From Thermoproteota archaeon (lineage in GTDB: Archaea > Thermoproteota > Thermoprotei_A > Sulfolobales > Ignisphaeraceae), in the NCBI GenBank assembly GCA_030550585.1, contig JAUQPB010000003.1, forward strand, positions 36,333 to 100,332: 64,000 nt of DNA, in the 5' to 3' direction. Positions within the stretch are counted from its first letter, which is position 1; each line of letters begins with the position of its first letter. Both the position numbers and the translations under genes were made by a program. A model generated the notes under the pieces. The model was not told the origin of the DNA, made no database searches, and saw only the letters and a program-made list of their open reading frames with translations. Below, one piece after another: positions 21,687 to 32,240 of this stretch.

Positions 21687-21804
21687 AGAGCGCACCACCA
21701 TAGCTATGTATGTGGCGACAGAACGTTTTTGCCGTATAGAGAAGAGATTTCGCTAATATTGGGGCAGAGACTGTGTGCTCCGGTTTTTGGAGCAAAAACT
21801 TGTA

Positions 21805-22125
21805 TCAGACTACTCCCTCTATAAACTCTTTTGTTATTAAACCCATGTTGACTAGCTTCCTGACCTCATCCTTGCTATATTTGTATACAATATCCCCTTT
21901 GTCTTGCTGAAAGTCCCACGGCTGGACAAGCACCACATCGCCTCCAGCAAACCAAACCCTTCTCCTATATTTCCCAGGTATTCTACAAACCCGTGAAATA
22001 CCATCAACACATCTAACCTTTAGGAAGTCCGCCCCCACAAGCTCCTCAACAACACATAGAACCTGGCCTTCGGTAGGCAATGTAAGGTCTTTGGGAGCAC
22101 CCTCAACTTTTTTGTCTTTTGCTAT
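21805..22125 (-). CDS. eif1a: Translation initiation factor aIF-1A (probable AUA start at 22125)
   Basis: CRIPGKYRRRVW, GDVVLVQPWDFQ, KGDIVYKY. The frame extends 15 codons upstream of TTG 22080 to an ATA preceded by GGTGGTGA. Confidence 0.92.
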   Translation of the reverse strand: MAKDKKVEGAPKDLTLPTEGQVLCVVEELVGADFLKVRCVDGISRVCRIPGKYRRRVWFAGGDVVLVQPWDFQQDKGDIVYKYSKDEVRKLVNMGLITKEFIEGVV

Positions 22126-22189
22126 AGCTTCTCACCACCTTCTCAACCTATTTCTGGGATTCTCTAGAGCTTATAAATCTAAGCTCTTC

Positions 22190-23047
22190 TCACCTTCTAG
22201 CTCTGTACTTCGAGAAATTCTTTGCGATGTAGTCTATGTGTATAGTCTTCAAATCGCCTTCCCGGCTCTTCAGCTTGAGCCATAGACCATCGAATGATTC
22301 CACAGTATAGGGCCTTCCATCAACAACTATGTAGTCTCCAGGCTTGAAGTTTAGTATCCTGATTGATATGTAGAGCCTAGCTGTTTTCTCTCCACTAGAC
22401 AGTCTTTTAACATCTCCAAAAGTTTCAACAACTCTTACACCAGGCCATCTCCTCTGAGCTATTTCAGCTATCTTCTTTGCTATTCCAGCATCTACCAAGC
22501 TAATGTCATAGCCGTTTTTAACAGGTTTAATATCTTTGATGAATTTGCCAAACTCGTTGCTGATACTATCCACAAACTTCTCCACCTCATCATCCTCGTT
22601 AACATATCTTATCTGGACAACTGCCTTGTGCCCTCCTCCAACAATTCTCTTGCAGTTTGGACATAGGGTTGGGCGCCAGACCATCTTAACACCAATTCTA
22701 TGCTCTATCCTGGCATTGCCAAGCTTCCCAAACAGTGTTATAATAGCTGTGGAGTCTTCATATGGCTTGAAATCAGCTCTAACATCATCTAGCAGAAAGT
22801 CCTGGGATGGTCTAAGCACATCGATTATATAGTCCTCTACAATGTCTGCGAGCTCTGGGTAGCTTCTAACACTAATCCACTTGCCATGAATGCTAACTGC
22901 GCCACAGGAGCGGCAAAAACCAATCTCAATTCTATCTATTTTTTCGACCAGCCCCCTGACCTCTATATAGCACCTTGGGCAGAGGCCATTTATTATAGGG
23001 GTTGTTGGAGACTCTTCAACACCGCATTTAACACAAAATCTCTTCAA
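22190..23047 (-). CDS. nmd3: Nmd3 family large-subunit biogenesis protein
   Basis: Four CxxC pairs and KAVVQIR. Confidence 0.88.
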   Translation of the reverse strand: MKRFCVKCGVEESPTTPIINGLCPRCYIEVRGLVEKIDRIEIGFCRSCGAVSIHGKWISVRSYPELADIVEDYIIDVLRPSQDFLLDDVRADFKPYEDSTAIITLFGKLGNARIEHRIGVKMVWRPTLCPNCKRIVGGGHKAVVQIRYVNEDDEVEKFVDSISNEFGKFIKDIKPVKNGYDISLVDAGIAKKIAEIAQRRWPGVRVVETFGDVKRLSSGEKTARLYISIRILNFKPGDYIVVDGRPYTVESFDGLWLKLKSREGDLKTIHIDYIAKNFSKYRARR

Positions 23048-23355
23048 GTCTCCAGAACCTCTCTAACTATCTGTATATGCAGCTGATCGCCTACTCTCAA
23101 CGCATATTCTTTAATCACAGCACCTCTTCTATCAAGTTCTTCAACTATTCTCTTACCAGATAAAACAACTATATCCGCATCCATGATCTCGTTAATAACC
23201 TCCTCTAGATCTGCCTTCTTACCGCCATAGAACTTAGGCGAAATGTCTAGAACCACATCACCTTCTCTAAACACCATGCCAAGAATCTCCTCATCACAAA
23301 CAGCAACAATCTTTTTCCTGCCTACGCTATGGATCTTCATAAAGTATAGACTCAT
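23044..23355 (-). CDS. DUF424 family protein
   Basis: IVAVCDEEILG, FYGG; conserved position next to aIF-2beta. Confidence 0.85.
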   Translation of the reverse strand: MSLYFMKIHSVGRKKIVAVCDEEILGMVFREGDVVLDISPKFYGGKKADLEEVINEIMDADIVVLSGKRIVEELDRRGAVIKEYALRVGDQLHIQIVREVLET

Positions 23356-23367
23356 GTTTAGAGCCCT

Positions 23368-23802
23368 CTAGACAGGCTTAACATAGGTTATAGCTCCACA
23401 TGCAAGACATCTGATAAACCATACCTTACCCTCTCTAACAAGCTCAGTATCGTAACTACCACATGTTGAGCACCTAACATAGCTCTCCAAAAACCTTGTG
23501 TAGAGACTCTGAATAGACTTTGCAGAAACCCTCTTATATATAATCAAACTATTGTCGGGGTTGAGAGACCCCGGCATAGCAAGCTCCTTCAGCAAAAACC
23601 TCATAACAATCCTAGGCTCTCTCCTAATCCTCTCACAAACAAAACCAAAATTCTTAACGACAGTGTGATCCCCAACATAGTCTATCTCAAGTGTTGGAAT
23701 ATCGTATGCTCTACCGCTAACCCTTTTGGGAAGACTTCTATAAACTCTATCTAACAAAGCCTCATAGTCATACAAAATCTTTATCTCAACATCATCCTGC
23801 AT
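23368..23802 (-). CDS. eif2b: Translation initiation factor aIF-2 beta subunit
   Basis: YEALLDR, TVVKNF, FLLKELA, and the YVRCSTCGSYDT...CLACGA zinc ribbon. Confidence 0.93.
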   Translation of the reverse strand: MQDDVEIKILYDYEALLDRVYRSLPKRVSGRAYDIPTLEIDYVGDHTVVKNFGFVCERIRREPRIVMRFLLKELAMPGSLNPDNSLIIYKRVSAKSIQSLYTRFLESYVRCSTCGSYDTELVREGKVWFIRCLACGAITYVKPV

Positions 23803-24070
23803 CCTATTGACACACCTCAGAAAAACACTTAGAGTAGAAGAGCTTATAACAAAACATGAGAAAATATAGGTATTGCCCTTAGATTTTCTTAACGATAATA
23901 CTGTTAAAAATCACAGAAAACTCAAAGACATTGACAACTAACTATCTTTATGCTTGGGGAATAATAATCGCAACTTCCATGAACAAACTATTGGCGGTAA
24001 TTTAGTGGAATTACATGATACTTTCTTTCAATTAGCCTAAATATTGAGATTCATGTATACAGCGTTTACA

Positions 24071-25009
24071 CTATAAACCATCATAATTAATATTAGGGGT
24101 GGCAACTCTAGGCTTCGGTATTTCTATACTTCTATTCGTTAATGCGTTTACATATATAGTCCCTTGCAACTCTGATAATAGCCTTTTTGGAACCTGGTTT
24201 AGATATGCTGTACCTACTAGATATTCAATGGATTTCTCTTCACCAATAAATATTCGTGCTATTGGTAGTTTTGTCCCAGCATCAATACATACGTAAACTT
24301 CGTCAATTTCGATAATTCTTGAATTTTCTGCAACAGAAAATATAAATTTAGCTAGCCAAAGGGTTCTATTGCCAATGTCTATTCTCCCAATAAAGCTCAT
24401 CTCAATAGACTCCCTATACCTCCCAATAGTCACATTTGTCATGATTATAGTCCTCTTGTCAACGAGATCCTCTATCCAGAAATGTGGTAAAAATGTTGGG
24501 AGTCTAGCTATAAGATAGATCATCTGATTCTCTTTTGCAATTGGGTAGTAGAAACGCCTAGTTTGAATAGGATATCCTTCGGCATGGAGGTACCTATACA
24601 CAACTTGAGGCTTTACAGCATTTTCTCTAGAGTAAATAGCTATGGGGTCGATATGTATAAAGATGCCTTTTGAAAACAGTGGATAACTACCAATGCCACT
24701 TACATAGACAATTACATGAGATTCGTTTGCTACGGAGATAATATATGTTTGGCCTATATACATAATTTTCTCCCGAACCAGCCCCTTAACATAGCTGGTA
24801 GAGTTGTAGATAAGCACTCTGCCATCCCAAAGCGAAACTCCCTCAATATTTTTAACGTATTTAGTACAAGTTCTCGTCAACTCATTGATGATATTATGGG
24901 ATCCAGGTGAATTATTAGCTAAAAACATTGTGAAAAATATGGAGATTATTGCAAAGAGAGCTACAAAAATGAGAACTTTTTTAGATCTTGTGAGTAACAT
25001 TAATCTCAA
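24071..25009 (-). CDS. Orphan N-terminally membrane-anchored protein
   Basis: Basic N-terminus plus TM, beta-rich body, AT-rich codons, 3 bp from the upstream gene. Confidence 0.7.
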   Translation of the reverse strand: MRLMLLTRSKKVLIFVALFAIISIFFTMFLANNSPGSHNIINELTRTCTKYVKNIEGVSLWDGRVLIYNSTSYVKGLVREKIMYIGQTYIISVANESHVIVYVSGIGSYPLFSKGIFIHIDPIAIYSRENAVKPQVVYRYLHAEGYPIQTRRFYYPIAKENQMIYLIARLPTFLPHFWIEDLVDKRTIIMTNVTIGRYRESIEMSFIGRIDIGNRTLWLAKFIFSVAENSRIIEIDEVYVCIDAGTKLPIARIFIGEEKSIEYLVGTAYLNQVPKRLLSELQGTIYVNALTNRSIEIPKPRVATPNINYDGL

Positions 25010-25012
25010 GCC

Positions 25013-25972
25013 TCAGCACTTATTGTGCCACCAATACACATACCATGGCCAAAAACCATTTATATATCCATACCAATTGGGGTCAGGATTGGGTTCAGGC
25101 CCTTCACTATAACCCATTTTCCTTCCGTCATGATACCATGCTTCATATCTATAACCATAGCCGATATCTCTAGTAAATGCATATATTCCCCTCTCCGGAT
25201 ATGAGAATATGCTTTCATAGTAACCGCGTGATTCTACATAATTTCGAAATTCTTGTAAAGAGTTAAATGGTTTTCCAGTAGGACCAAACCCTAGTACTGG
25301 ATCTTCATTTTCACAACCCCATAAACATTCAACCTTACCAGGTATGCAGCAGTCTGTAGGCATGTTTATGACATGGCAAATAGTTATATTCAAAACTCTA
25401 GGGCATGGTATGTTGTATGCTCGGGGTATAATCCCGCAAGAATATACATTATTTCCACTACTACAAGCGCCTAGGGAAGGACATGTAGTAGTACTAGAGG
25501 CACCTATAAGAGCAGCATCTTTTGTTATACATTTGCTATTGCTACTATTAAATATAGATTTTATTATAGCATTTCTAACACCCGTAATCTTAGCATATAT
25601 TATCTTGATCTTTGCCTCTCTAGGTAATGAACAGAACTCTTTAATCTTAGGTATATTGTTATGTGTTAGCCCTTTGGCATATAGTTCCTTTATATTCATT
25701 CTACACAACCTGTTCTCGAACACATCAACTATTTTAGCTACTGATGAGTCTATATTATCTTCCACAAGCTTACATGTAACAACATTATCACATTCGTATG
25801 CTATCTCTGTAGACTCTCCCTGTATTACAATTACTGTAAGAGATGCCAAATATATTGTCACTGTTACAGCAATTACTAATGCCATATACAAACTATAGTC
25901 TGATACTCTTGGCCCATTATCAGCGTTTTCAGCAGAATTTTTCACGTGAATTGAAGACATATGTCTAGGCAT
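25013..25972 (-). CDS. Orphan exported Cys-rich protein with aromatic C-terminal domain
   Basis: TM/signal at ~aa 27-50, many Cys, ends EGPEPNPDPNWYGYINGFWPWYVYWWHNKC. Confidence 0.75.
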   Translation of the reverse strand: MPRHMSSIHVKNSAENADNGPRVSDYSLYMALVIAVTVTIYLASLTVIVIQGESTEIAYECDNVVTCKLVEDNIDSSVAKIVDVFENRLCRMNIKELYAKGLTHNNIPKIKEFCSLPREAKIKIIYAKITGVRNAIIKSIFNSSNSKCITKDAALIGASSTTTCPSLGACSSGNNVYSCGIIPRAYNIPCPRVLNITICHVINMPTDCCIPGKVECLWGCENEDPVLGFGPTGKPFNSLQEFRNYVESRGYYESIFSYPERGIYAFTRDIGYGYRYEAWYHDGRKMGYSEGPEPNPDPNWYGYINGFWPWYVYWWHNKC

Positions 25973-25985
25973 TAGATATACCGAT

Positions 25986-26034
25986 TTATTACTAACTTTT
26001 TATTACTAACTTTCTGCGGCTTTTTTTTTTTTTT
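25986..26034. repeat. Tandem 14-bp repeat (TTATTACTAACTTT x2) plus T14 homopolymer
   Basis: Copies at 25986-25999 and 26000-26013; T run at 26021-26034. Confidence 0.9.
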
Positions 26035-26203
26035 AACGGTGTACTGGAACGATGGTTGAGTATAACTGCTATAGCTCTTTAGTTATGTTATCTTGTTGCA
26101 TTTGTATTGTTGTCTTGCGGAAAATCTTTATAGCTTTGTTAGATTTTATATGAGTTAGACGTGGATATATCTGGCTGTTGTTGTTTAGAGGGTTTTGGTT
26201 TGT

Positions 26204-27490
26204 ATGGCTGGTAAGAGGGTGTATATAGAGACCTATGGATGTGCGTTGAATAGAGCTGACTCTGCTATTATGAAGACTATTTTGGTGGAGAGTGGCTATG
26301 AGGTTGTTGATAGAATTGAGGATGCTGATGTGGTTGTCTTGAATACGTGTGTTGTTAGGCATGATACTGAGTCTAGGATGTTTTCTAGGATGGAGTATCT
26401 CAAGAAGCTTAATAAGAGGGTTGTTGTTGCTGGTTGTTTGGCTAGGGTGTTGCCTGCTAAGGTGAGGAGGGTCCTCCCATCTGCTTCTATAGTGGTTCCG
26501 CAAAGTGTTAACAGAATTGTTGAGGCTGTTGAGTCTTCAGAGCCCCAAGTTCTTTTCGATGATTTCAAAAGTTTTGTTGTATTGCCTAGGATTGTGGATG
26601 GAGTTATTGCGACTATACCTGTTGCAGAGGGTTGTTTGGATGAGTGTTCTTTTTGTGTGGTGAAGGTTGCTAGACCCCATCTGAGGAGTGTTCCCATAGA
26701 GAAGGTTGTTGAGGTGTTCAAGGATGTTTTGAGGAGGGGTGCTATAGAGATAGAGATTACTGCACAGGATCTCAGCGTCTATGGCTATGACCTTTATGGG
26801 AGATATGCATTGCCAGATCTTTTAGAGTCTTTGCTGGCAGTCGAAGGAAATTACATGATTAGAATTGGGCAGCTGAACCCAAGGCACTTGATAAACTATT
26901 TGGATAGAGTTATAGACATTCTCAAGAGCCCCAATGTATACAAACACCTTCACATACCTGTGCAAAGTGGTGATAACAGAGTTCTAGAGATTATGAATAG
27001 AAAGCACAGTGTCGAGGACTTCATAAACATTGTTACAGAGGTTAGAAGAAAGATAGAGGGTGTACACATAGCAACAGACATTATAGTTGGGCACCCAGGA
27101 GAAGATGAAAAGGCTTTTATGGAGAGTGTGAAGCTCATTGTCGAGTACGGCATAGAGAGGGTTCACATAGCAAGGTTCTCGCCGAGGCCATTCACAAAAT
27201 CGTCTCTAATGCCGCAGATTCCAGACCCTGTTAAGAAGAGTAGGAGTAGCTATATAGAGAAGGTCTATGAGGAAACAGCTGCAAAGATAAACATGGACTA
27301 TGTTGGATCCAAGGCTGTGGTCACAATAACAGAGGTTGACAATGTTAGGAACAAGGCTATTGGAAGGCTTTTCAACTATATACCAGTTGTATTGGATGTT
27401 GGAAGAGAGTATCTGGGTAAAAGAGGCGTTGTTAAAATAGAAGATGCGACGTTCTTCGATTTGAGGGGGAGGCTCCTAGAGGTTATCTAA
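26204..27490 (+). CDS. mtaB: tRNA methylthiotransferase (MtaB/e-MtaB type radical SAM)
   Basis: ETYGCALNRADS, NTCVV, VAGCL, GCLDECSFC, HIPVQSG, C-terminal TRAM domain. Confidence 0.9.
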   Translation: MAGKRVYIETYGCALNRADSAIMKTILVESGYEVVDRIEDADVVVLNTCVVRHDTESRMFSRMEYLKKLNKRVVVAGCLARVLPAKVRRVLPSASIVVPQSVNRIVEAVESSEPQVLFDDFKSFVVLPRIVDGVIATIPVAEGCLDECSFCVVKVARPHLRSVPIEKVVEVFKDVLRRGAIEIEITAQDLSVYGYDLYGRYALPDLLESLLAVEGNYMIRIGQLNPRHLINYLDRVIDILKSPNVYKHLHIPVQSGDNRVLEIMNRKHSVEDFINIVTEVRRKIEGVHIATDIIVGHPGEDEKAFMESVKLIVEYGIERVHIARFSPRPFTKSSLMPQIPDPVKKSRSSYIEKVYEETAAKINMDYVGSKAVVTITEVDNVRNKAIGRLFNYIPVVLDVGREYLGKRGVVKIEDATFFDLRGRLLEVI

Positions 27491-27578
27491 ACACATTATA
27501 CTCGTCTGCATGGTGGTAAACTACTTCAGGAGACAAAGAATTCGATAACAAATATATATTCCACCACACCACTAAAGA

Positions 27579-28547
27579 TTGGTGCATATCGTGACAACAA
27601 CTCCATATGGCTATATCCAGCTTCTACCACCTCTCCTAGACGCCGAAGTTGAGGCAGACTTAGATAGAATACACAACTGGAGAAACATAGGACTGGCATC
27701 TGTAGACCCAAATCTGTGGGGATTGAGCAGATTCCAGGGGGCTGAGGGCGTTATAGGCAAGGCCATAGCCAAAGCTGTTAAAGGCTCTGAGCTCATCTTC
27801 AAATCAAGGTTTTTGCTAGAGGGCATCGACTTCAAACCTTGGGAGGTTCTAGCATACCACGAGATCATCTATGGTTACAAGCCTTGGGAACACACCGAGA
27901 CCCACCCACAACCTGTAAAAACCCTTGGGCTTCCCACCAAGGTCTCCAACCTATACAGAAAGTCGATAATTCTGTACACAGACCATGAGATAAGAAAGAG
28001 CAACACAAAAATCAATTTCTCATATGATATGTGGCTAATGAGAAGTGCAACAGACATGAAATGCTCTAAAGGAGATATAGAGCTCATGATATGGCTCTAC
28101 AGATCCCCAGATCTAAAGCCCCTGCCCAAAGAAGCTGATGCTGTTGTTGAGATACCTATTCTCATAAACGGGAGGATTGCAACAGCAAAGCTAGAGGCAT
28201 ATATAACAGAGATAACTCTGCCTAGTGGAATTGGGGGATGGACATACATAGCATTTGCACTAGAAAACCCTGTTGAGAAAGGTTCGATAGCCCTAGACTT
28301 CACAAGTTTGTTAGAAATCACAAGAGATGTGCTTGCAAAGCACATGCCTAGCGAGTGGAATAAAGAGAAGTTTGATGATCTATACCTGAGATCAATCGAG
28401 GTTGGCACAGAGGTGTTCTTCTCTAATAGAGTAGATGTTGAGTGGAGCTTTAGAGAAATGCACATAGCTGTTCTACCCACGAGGATAAGCTCTGAAAAGG
28501 CTTTGGAAAGTCTCGTAGACCCGTTAACACTATTCAAAATTAGCTAA
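27579..28547 (+). CDS. GH12 endo-1,4-beta-glucanase, no signal peptide
   Basis: NLWG, YHEIIYGYKPW, SYDMWL, ELMIWLY (nucleophile Glu), IEVGTE (acid/base Glu). Confidence 0.85.
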   Translation: MVHIVTTTPYGYIQLLPPLLDAEVEADLDRIHNWRNIGLASVDPNLWGLSRFQGAEGVIGKAIAKAVKGSELIFKSRFLLEGIDFKPWEVLAYHEIIYGYKPWEHTETHPQPVKTLGLPTKVSNLYRKSIILYTDHEIRKSNTKINFSYDMWLMRSATDMKCSKGDIELMIWLYRSPDLKPLPKEADAVVEIPILINGRIATAKLEAYITEITLPSGIGGWTYIAFALENPVEKGSIALDFTSLLEITRDVLAKHMPSEWNKEKFDDLYLRSIEVGTEVFFSNRVDVEWSFREMHIAVLPTRISSEKALESLVDPLTLFKIS

Positions 28548-28794
28548 ACAGCGTGAAAACCTACTGCAATCACCTTTTTATCTGTACAATGCTACTCTAC
28601 CAATGCTCCCCCATATTCAAACTTTGTGATGTGCAGCATCAACTAGTATGATGGCAAAGTATGTGCACTTCTCTAAATTAGTGCCTAAAGCTAGAGGCTC
28701 TGGGTCATAAATAGAATATCCATGACGTTTGCAGACGCCCTATATTTCTAATCAAATCATGTGTTGGTTATATGAATTAGAAAAAGGTTTTGTG

Positions 28795-31311
28795 TTATTT
28801 CCTACCCATTATGACAAGCACGTGGTGCTCTTTTCCATCGTTGAACGCTGGCACAACATTTCCTTCTATGGGCTTGCCATCGACTATTATCTGTTTGACT
28901 CCTCTATTCACATGCTCCTCGTTTTTGACTTCTATGATGTATGTGGCATTTCTGAATTTTCTAATCATTTTGAATCCTGGCCAGTCTCTCGGTATGGTTG
29001 GGTCTATGATCAGCCCATCGTATGTTGGCCTTACGCCTAGTATCCACTGGGTTATGGCCACGAACATCCACGAGGCTGTGCCGGTTAGCCACGAGTTTCT
29101 CGCCATTCCAAATCTTGGCGATGCCGGCCCTGCTATCGTCTGTGCGTATACATATGGCTCTGTTCTATGTATGTGGGCTATAGCTTCTCTCACAGATGGG
29201 TTAAGCCTCAAGTAGTAGTCTAGAGCCTGCTCGGCTCTGCCAGCAATGGCCTCTGCTATGATTATCCATGTGTTGGGGTGGCAGAAGATGCTTGCATTTT
29301 CTTTGTGTCCTGGGGGATAGCTCGATATTTCTCCTAGGTGCACATAGTATTTTGTGTATGGTGGCCAGTGTAGGATTATTCCATGTTCTGTTGCCAGATA
29401 CTTTTTAACTGAGTCTAGGGCTTTCAGAGCCATTCCATTGTCGAGGCCTATCCCAGCCATTATGCACATGCCCTGGGGCTCAATGTATATCCTGCCCTCC
29501 TCATTCTCCTTAGACCCTATCTTCCGGCCAAAGGCATCATATGCTCTTAGGAACCACTCACCATCCCACCCATACTTCTTCACCCTCTCAGCCATGTCCT
29601 CAACAAGCTTTCTAAAGTACTCTGCATCCTCTTTGCGGCCTATGCGCTCAGCTATTTCAGCAAGCTCCTTCACAGCCCACACAAATTGACAGGCTATGAA
29701 AACAGACTCTGCTGTCTTGCCATCTGTTCTCTCTGGAGCTGTTTGGAAAGATTCGTCTGGGTTCATAGACATGACGTTGAGGTTTAGACAGTCATTCCAG
29801 TCTGCATGGCCTATCAGCGGCAGTCCGTGTGGACCTCTGTTCTTGTCTATGTATATAACAGCCTTTTTGAGATGCTCATACAAAGGCTCTTCAGTGCCGG
29901 GGGTGTTGTCGTAGGGTGCTTTTTCGAAGAGTATTGAGAAGTCTCCTGTCTCTTTTATGTAGGCGACCGTTGATGCGACTAGCCACAGCGGGTCGTCGTT
30001 GAATCCCCCGCCTATCTCTCTATTCCCTCTCTTTGTGAGGGGTTGGAACTGGTGGTAGGTGCTTCCATCTGGGAGCTGTATAGATGCTAGGTCGATTATC
30101 CTCTCCCTTATTCTCTGCCATAGAGGCGCTAGATGCAAAGCCCCGAGAATATCCTGGTTAGAGTCTCTAAAGCCGACACCTCTAGCGATACCGGATTCGT
30201 ATCCAGAGGCGCTTCTAGCTAGATGGAATGTCATGAATATCTGGTACTGGTTCCAGACATTGACGATTCTGTTTATATGTTCGTTGGGGGTCTCCACATG
30301 TAGATACGATAGCATTTCGTCCCAGAACCTCCTAAGCTCCTCGAATGCCTGTTTAACCCTCTCGGGTTTGAGCCACTCTTTAAGTAGTTGCTTAACCCTT
30401 GTCTTGTTGATGATGTTAGGAGCTATGAATTTCTCCTCCCACGGGTTCTCTGCATAACCCAGTATGAATACTATCTCCTTCTCCTCTCCAGGCTTAAGCT
30501 TGAGTCTAATGTGGTGAGACCCTATTGGGTGGCCGCCATATAAGATGCTGTTCCTCGACACCCCCTCCTCAACTACTATTGGGTTTTCATAGCCTCTGTA
30601 AGGCCCTATGAAAATCTCTTTATCTGTGTCGAACCCTACTATAGGTTCTGAGGATGCGAAGAATGCAAAGTGGTTTCTTCTCTCTCTATAGCCAGTCTTA
30701 TGGTATATGACATTGTCCTCCACCTCAACCTCTGCAATGTTTAGATTCCTCTGAAAGTTTGTCATATCGTCTACGGCGTCCCAGAAGCAGAACTCTACAT
30801 ATGTGAACAGCTGGATATCTGCTTCCCTATCCCTGAGATTCTTTATCTTAAACCACCAGACCTCAAAAGTCTGCTTCAGAGGTACGAAGTATGTTACCTC
30901 TGTCTCTATACCCTTGTACCTAGACCTTATCTTCGTGTAGCCAAGTCCATGTCTACACTCGTAAAAATCAAGAGGCTTTTTCACAGGTTGCCAAGTGGCT
31001 GACCAGTACTCCCCCGTTTCAGCATCTCTCACATATATGTACCTGCCAGGCTGGTCCATTGGGACGCTATGATATCTATACCTCGTTATACGTCTGTACC
31101 TAGGATCTTTATAGAAGCTATAGCCACCACCAGTATTCGATACAATTCCAAAGTACTCTTCTTGTCCAATATAGTTGATCCATGGCGTGGGGGTATCAGG
31201 CCTAGTTATAACATATTCACGTGCAGCGTCATCGAAATAGCCGTAGGGAGAGCCCTTAGAGCGAGAGCTCATACACAGATACCTCAGATGCCTTTTAGCT
31301 ATATGCTCCAA
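28795..31311 (-). CDS. GH94 cellobiose phosphorylase
   Basis: [65 protein letters not shown]. The true start may be the second Met. Confidence 0.92.
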   Translation of the reverse strand: MEHIAKRHLRYLCMSSRSKGSPYGYFDDAAREYVITRPDTPTPWINYIGQEEYFGIVSNTGGGYSFYKDPRYRRITRYRYHSVPMDQPGRYIYVRDAETGEYWSATWQPVKKPLDFYECRHGLGYTKIRSRYKGIETEVTYFVPLKQTFEVWWFKIKNLRDREADIQLFTYVEFCFWDAVDDMTNFQRNLNIAEVEVEDNVIYHKTGYRERRNHFAFFASSEPIVGFDTDKEIFIGPYRGYENPIVVEEGVSRNSILYGGHPIGSHHIRLKLKPGEEKEIVFILGYAENPWEEKFIAPNIINKTRVKQLLKEWLKPERVKQAFEELRRFWDEMLSYLHVETPNEHINRIVNVWNQYQIFMTFHLARSASGYESGIARGVGFRDSNQDILGALHLAPLWQRIRERIIDLASIQLPDGSTYHQFQPLTKRGNREIGGGFNDDPLWLVASTVAYIKETGDFSILFEKAPYDNTPGTEEPLYEHLKKAVIYIDKNRGPHGLPLIGHADWNDCLNLNVMSMNPDESFQTAPERTDGKTAESVFIACQFVWAVKELAEIAERIGRKEDAEYFRKLVEDMAERVKKYGWDGEWFLRAYDAFGRKIGSKENEEGRIYIEPQGMCIMAGIGLDNGMALKALDSVKKYLATEHGIILHWPPYTKYYVHLGEISSYPPGHKENASIFCHPNTWIIIAEAIAGRAEQALDYYLRLNPSVREAIAHIHRTEPYVYAQTIAGPASPRFGMARNSWLTGTASWMFVAITQWILGVRPTYDGLIIDPTIPRDWPGFKMIRKFRNATYIIEVKNEEHVNRGVKQIIVDGKPIEGNVVPAFNDGKEHHVLVIMGRK

Positions 31312-31466
31312 CTACAGATGCTATGGATAAGAATATAAGTCTTATTGTCTTAGGGTGTTTTAAATACTAGGCAATGCAAATCGACTCTTTAGGTTTGCAA
31401 ATCAACTGCTTAACAAATCCGTTACATATTTTATATTGTTATACAATTCGTCTCTTTACAGATTTT

Positions 31467-32240
31467 CTAGGTGTCGTAGATTGATTTGCAGAAAGCTGTT
31501 GTGCCTGCCCCGCTTTCGGCTGGCGTTTTCATTCTCTCTGCAATGAGGTGAAGATTGTTTGTGTAGAGAATTTCTCTGAGTATCTCTTTGCCTTTCATGG
31601 CTTCTGTTCTTAGGCATTGCAGAGGTGTTTGCAGTGCTATATTCAGGACCGCTTCGTCTAGGAAAGGGGCTACAGCATCTATACCTATACACTTAGCTAA
31701 TTCGATTTCTGGATATCTTCCATTTGCAAGTCTTTTAATGTATTCTTCAAGTTCATTACCTGTCAGTGTTAGGAGGAAGGTATAGCCAGCGAATATCTCG
31801 TCCCCACCACTTCCAGTGTAAATGCATTTGCATCCATCTTCAAAGGCTTTTCTGAGCACAGAGTAAAACACCAAATCATTTCTAATCTCTATGCACCCTC
31901 CATCGCCATGGGAGTCTATCCTCTCTTTGCCAATGCATCTAACAATGTCTTGGACTGTCTCCCCCTCTTTCTGCTTATCTATAAAGACATATCTAGTCTC
32001 TATATTGAAGATCTTTGCCAAGTGCTCCACATATATGAGGTCTCTTGGCAAGCCGTTGCTGTATATTGCTATGTAGCCCCTTGGCTTAACACCAGCTGAA
32101 AGAGCTGCTATAAGCACTACTGTTGTGTCTATCCCGCCGCTTAGAGCAATGCAATCACACTTCCTCTTCTCGATTACATCCCTAATCACATTGAATAGAA
32201 TTTTGCTGTATATTGTACAAGGCATTGAGAATCTCATCAA
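31467..32240 (-). CDS. Asparagine-synthase-like C-terminal (PP-loop) domain protein lacking a glutaminase domain
   Basis: ALSGGIDT, TGSGGDEIFAGY, APFLD, GKEILRE. Confidence 0.82.
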   Translation of the reverse strand: MMRFSMPCTIYSKILFNVIRDVIEKRKCDCIALSGGIDTTVVLIAALSAGVKPRGYIAIYSNGLPRDLIYVEHLAKIFNIETRYVFIDKQKEGETVQDIVRCIGKERIDSHGDGGCIEIRNDLVFYSVLRKAFEDGCKCIYTGSGGDEIFAGYTFLLTLTGNELEEYIKRLANGRYPEIELAKCIGIDAVAPFLDEAVLNIALQTPLQCLRTEAMKGKEILREILYTNNLHLIAERMKTPAESGAGTTAFCKSIYDT

